From: Coniocarpon cinnabarinum
Taxonomy: Eukaryota
NCBI GenBank assembly: GCA_051942205.1
Contig: JAVECO010000174.1
Span: forward strand, 1-46,893
Length of the DNA stretch: 46,893 bases
Direction: 5' to 3'
The position numbers and the translations under genes were made by a program. Shown here piece after piece: positions 44,126 through 46,893 of this stretch (position 1 is its first letter; every line of letters starts with the position of its first letter). Below the pieces are notes generated by a model. That model was not told where the DNA came from. It was given only the letters and a program-made list of their open reading frames with translations, and did not search any database.

Positions 44126-45606
44126 ATGTCGTGGAAGAGAACAGGCGAGCTTATGAAAGACATCACCCACTACTCGTAAGCAGAGAGGTCCTCAAGTTCA
44201 TTAGTGATTGCATGTACTGATTTCGACCTCAAATTAGAAAATTCCCTGCAACGGGTGTGAGCTTAAGACAAATGGTCCAGTTTGGTGAACGGCCGAGCAC
44301 TGGTGTGTATACCCAAATTCTATCCGGAAACCTTGCTTGACCCTCGAATGAAATCTTCGACGCCGCTTCTACGAATCCTCAGACTAACAGTACTCCGCCA
44401 GGCACAATGTTCCGCGCCTCCCAATTCCTCTCCGAAGAGCTCCCCATCCGCCTCGCCCACCGCGTCAACGAACTCTGCCAACTCCCTGATGGCCTCTCCG
44501 ACATGTCCTCCATCCACCGCGTCACAGACTGGTATGCGCAATCTTTCGAAGAAATCACGACTCTTGCCCGCCCGAATCTCTCCTCAGAAACAAAAGAGCG
44601 CCTCCTTCGCCCATCAAAACCCGGCTCCCGCAGTCGACATACCATCTCCCAAGCCACACAAAATCCATCATTACCGTCACATCAGAGCACGTCCGACATT
44701 AGTAATAACAACCTCAATGGCGCCGGCTCTGCAAAGTCCTCGTCAAGACGGTACTTCGCCCCCATTGACGACGACGGCGCACACTGGCCTCCTGAGCTGG
44801 CAGATTACAACAAACGCTTCGTCTCGACCCTCGAGCGCATTAAACGGCGGCACGATGGCGTCGTCCCGACAGTCGCGCAAGGCATCCTCGAGTACAAACG
44901 CAAAAGGCAACGCATGCAAATCGACCACTCCATCCAAGCCTTTCTGGATCGTTTCTACATGTCCCGCATCGGTATTCGCATGCTCATAGGCCAGCATATT
45001 GCCTTACAAAACGCCCGCGCAGACGGCGACGACAACTACGTCGGGATCATCTGCACGAAAACGAACGTCAAGGACTTGGCAACTGAAGCCATCGAAAACG
45101 CGCGTTTCGTCTGTGAAGACCATTATGGTCTTTTTGAGGCGCCGAAAGTGCAACTCGTCTGCCGCGATGATCTGGACTTTATGTATGTACCGGGCCATCT
45201 TTCGCACATGCTCTTCGAGACTTTAAAGAACTCACTCCGGGCGGTCGTCGATCTGCACGGCGCTGAAAAGTCCGAATTCCCTGTCACCAAAGTCATCGTC
45301 GCAGAAGGCAAAGAAGACATCACCATCAAAATATCCGACGAAGGCGGCGGCATTCCCAGATCCGCAATACCGCTCGTCTGGACGTATATGTACACAACCG
45401 TGGACGCAACGCCACAGATTGATCCCGAGTTCAACAAGAGCGATTTCAAGGCCCCTATGGCCGGGTTCGGGTACGGCCTTCCGATTTCACGACTGTACGC
45501 CAGGTATTTTGGCGGAGACCTCAAGCTGATCTCTATGGAGGGATACGGCACTGATGTTTACTTGCATTTGAATCGGTTGAGCAGTAGTAGTGAACCCCTG
45601 CAATAG
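44126..45606 (+). CDS. PKP1: Mitochondrial pyruvate dehydrogenase kinase (exons 44126-44175, 44238-44302, 44402-45606)
   Basis: YSKFPATGVSLRQMVQFG, ELPIRLAHRV, FLDRFYMSRIGIRMLIGQH, ETLKNSLRA, ISDEGGGIP, MAGFGYGLPISRLYARYFGG; canonical introns keep the frame. Confidence 0.9.
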
Positions 45607-46226
45607 GATTGCAGGGCTGTGGATGGGGTTGATGTTTGAACTGGACGACTTGGGGCTGGGATGGAGGCGAGCTGTTTGTGTTTGGGACTGTGAGTTGGGA
45701 TGAGGGAGGGAGCGGCTGTGGCATAGCAGCGCCTTCGGGGACGTACACTCCACGACACAAAGGGAGGCGAATCGACGTCTTGAGAGTCTTTTCCAGTGGG
45801 CTTGAGAGCGGTGAGGTGCTGTCCGACTCCAGGCAGGCGACACGACGCGACAGCCCATCTCGGGCCAAGACTCGCAGGAACAACACACCAGACCCATCAC
45901 CTCGCAAGAAAGTCAAGCACATTCGCCATGCTCAAACGACGGAGGGCGGCTAAGATGCAGACAATACAGAGGCGGTTGTACAGAGCGAATCTCGGATGAT
46001 CTGAATGCATAGATTTGTTGACTTATCACTATCAAAGTGCGAGATGCACTCAAAGAGCGCCACACGATCGTATCGCGCTTCAACTACACACGACTTTTCC
46101 ACGTCTTCTTTACGTCCTCTTTTCCTCCGGTGTCTGTTTCTCTCCTCGCCAGCTTGTTCCTTCCTCTACGTCTTTCTTTCTGTGCGTCATTTGCTCCTAT
46201 AAGCAACTTCCTCTCAAATATACCCA

Positions 46227-46893
46227 TCACAAATACCCCCTCGCACCCAACCACTCCTCCACCACCTTCTCATCTCTACTTTTATAACCCGCCCTCGCAC
46301 GAATGGTATCCAACACAACCGCCAAATCACGATCAAATCCCAACTCCTCCGGCTTCTTATCCTGAAAGAAAGCCTCAATATCCCTCTCCATCTCCGCATC
46401 ACTGAATTTATTGAGACTCATGCGCAGGAAGCGACTCAGCACCACAGATTTATTGGCGCCCGCCTTCTCCAGGAAAGACGCATGGCTGGCGCCTCCCGCG
46501 ATCTTGGCACCAGAGGGCCCGGCGTCAGAGCCGTGGGCTTCTGGTAAGGGAGGGACGTCAGGGACTTCGCCGATGGGTCGCTGATTCCAGTATTCTTTGA
46601 TGCATTTCCATAACTCGGCACGGATGGCTGGACGACTGCCGCCGAGCGCCGCGCCGCCTGTGTGGATATCCTGCGTAGCGACCTCCGGCGACAGCAAGAA
46701 GATGAAAAACTGGCGGGCTAACTCTGGGGTCGTCACGCGGCCGAGGGCTGCGAGACAGGTTTCCTTTCCGTCGATGGAGGTGGTGTGCAGGAAGTGTTCC
46801 AAGATCTTGGGATATGCATTCGCGGAGTCAGCGTTACATGCAAGCTTCAAGACGTTCCGACGGAGGGAGGGGTGAATCGCTGTGGTGGTGGGG
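46227..46893 (-). CDS. 3' end of an M1-family (Ape2/Aap1-like) aminopeptidase, ERAP1-like C-terminal domain (partial)
   Basis: SIDGKETCLAALG, VATQDIHTG, LWKCIKEYW, RFLRMSLNKF, DIEAFFQDK, GFDRDLAVVLDTIRARAGYKSRD...WLGARGY; the frame runs off the window. Confidence 0.8.
   Translation of the reverse strand, partial: PTTTAIHPSLRRNVLKLACNADSANAYPKILEHFLHTTSIDGKETCLAALGRVTTPELARQFFIFLLSPEVATQDIHTGGAALGGSRPAIRAELWKCIKEYWNQRPIGEVPDVPPLPEAHGSDAGPSGAKIAGGASHASFLEKAGANKSVVLSRFLRMSLNKFSDAEMERDIEAFFQDKKPEELGFDRDLAVVLDTIRARAGYKSRDEKVVEEWLGARGYL

Noticed and set aside
45636..45953. 105-aa ORF just after PDK, as a possible readthrough or extension
   Set aside because: It is in a different frame with a non-ATG start; in-frame readthrough hits TGA after 9 codons, and PDK has its normal SSEPLQ end.

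Overview
Fungal (filamentous ascomycete, probably Dothideomycete-like) genomic DNA with short GT-AG introns and CTRAC/CTAAC branch sites. The window has three zones. (1) 2.1-9.2 kb holds two secreted, probably GPI-anchored cell-surface genes (a ~1421-aa Ser/Thr mucin-like protein and a ~307-aa Cys-rich protein), separated by a 234-bp non-autonomous DNA transposon with CAC...GTG termini and a 5-bp TSD. (2) 9.8-27 kb is accessory-looking. It is dominated by a tandem array of 13 highly diverged, intronless, non-secreted paralogs (mostly ~130-170 aa) of a family I do not recognise; 3 are disrupted by different lesions and a RIP-mutated hAT-type MITE lies inside the array. It is followed by a secreted flavin oxidoreductase, an intron-containing 142-aa gene that may be a distant relative of the array, and a modin-like gene. 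(3) 27.5-46.9 kb holds conserved genes: BET1, APC15, carnitine acetyltransferase, RAD57, SelO/FMP40, LIN1/CD2BP2, two GNATs, a GMC oxidoreductase, pyruvate dehydrogenase kinase and the 3' end of an M1 aminopeptidase. The best candidate for an undescribed system is the 13-gene array. Gene models were spliced by eye and family names come from recalled motifs, not database searches.
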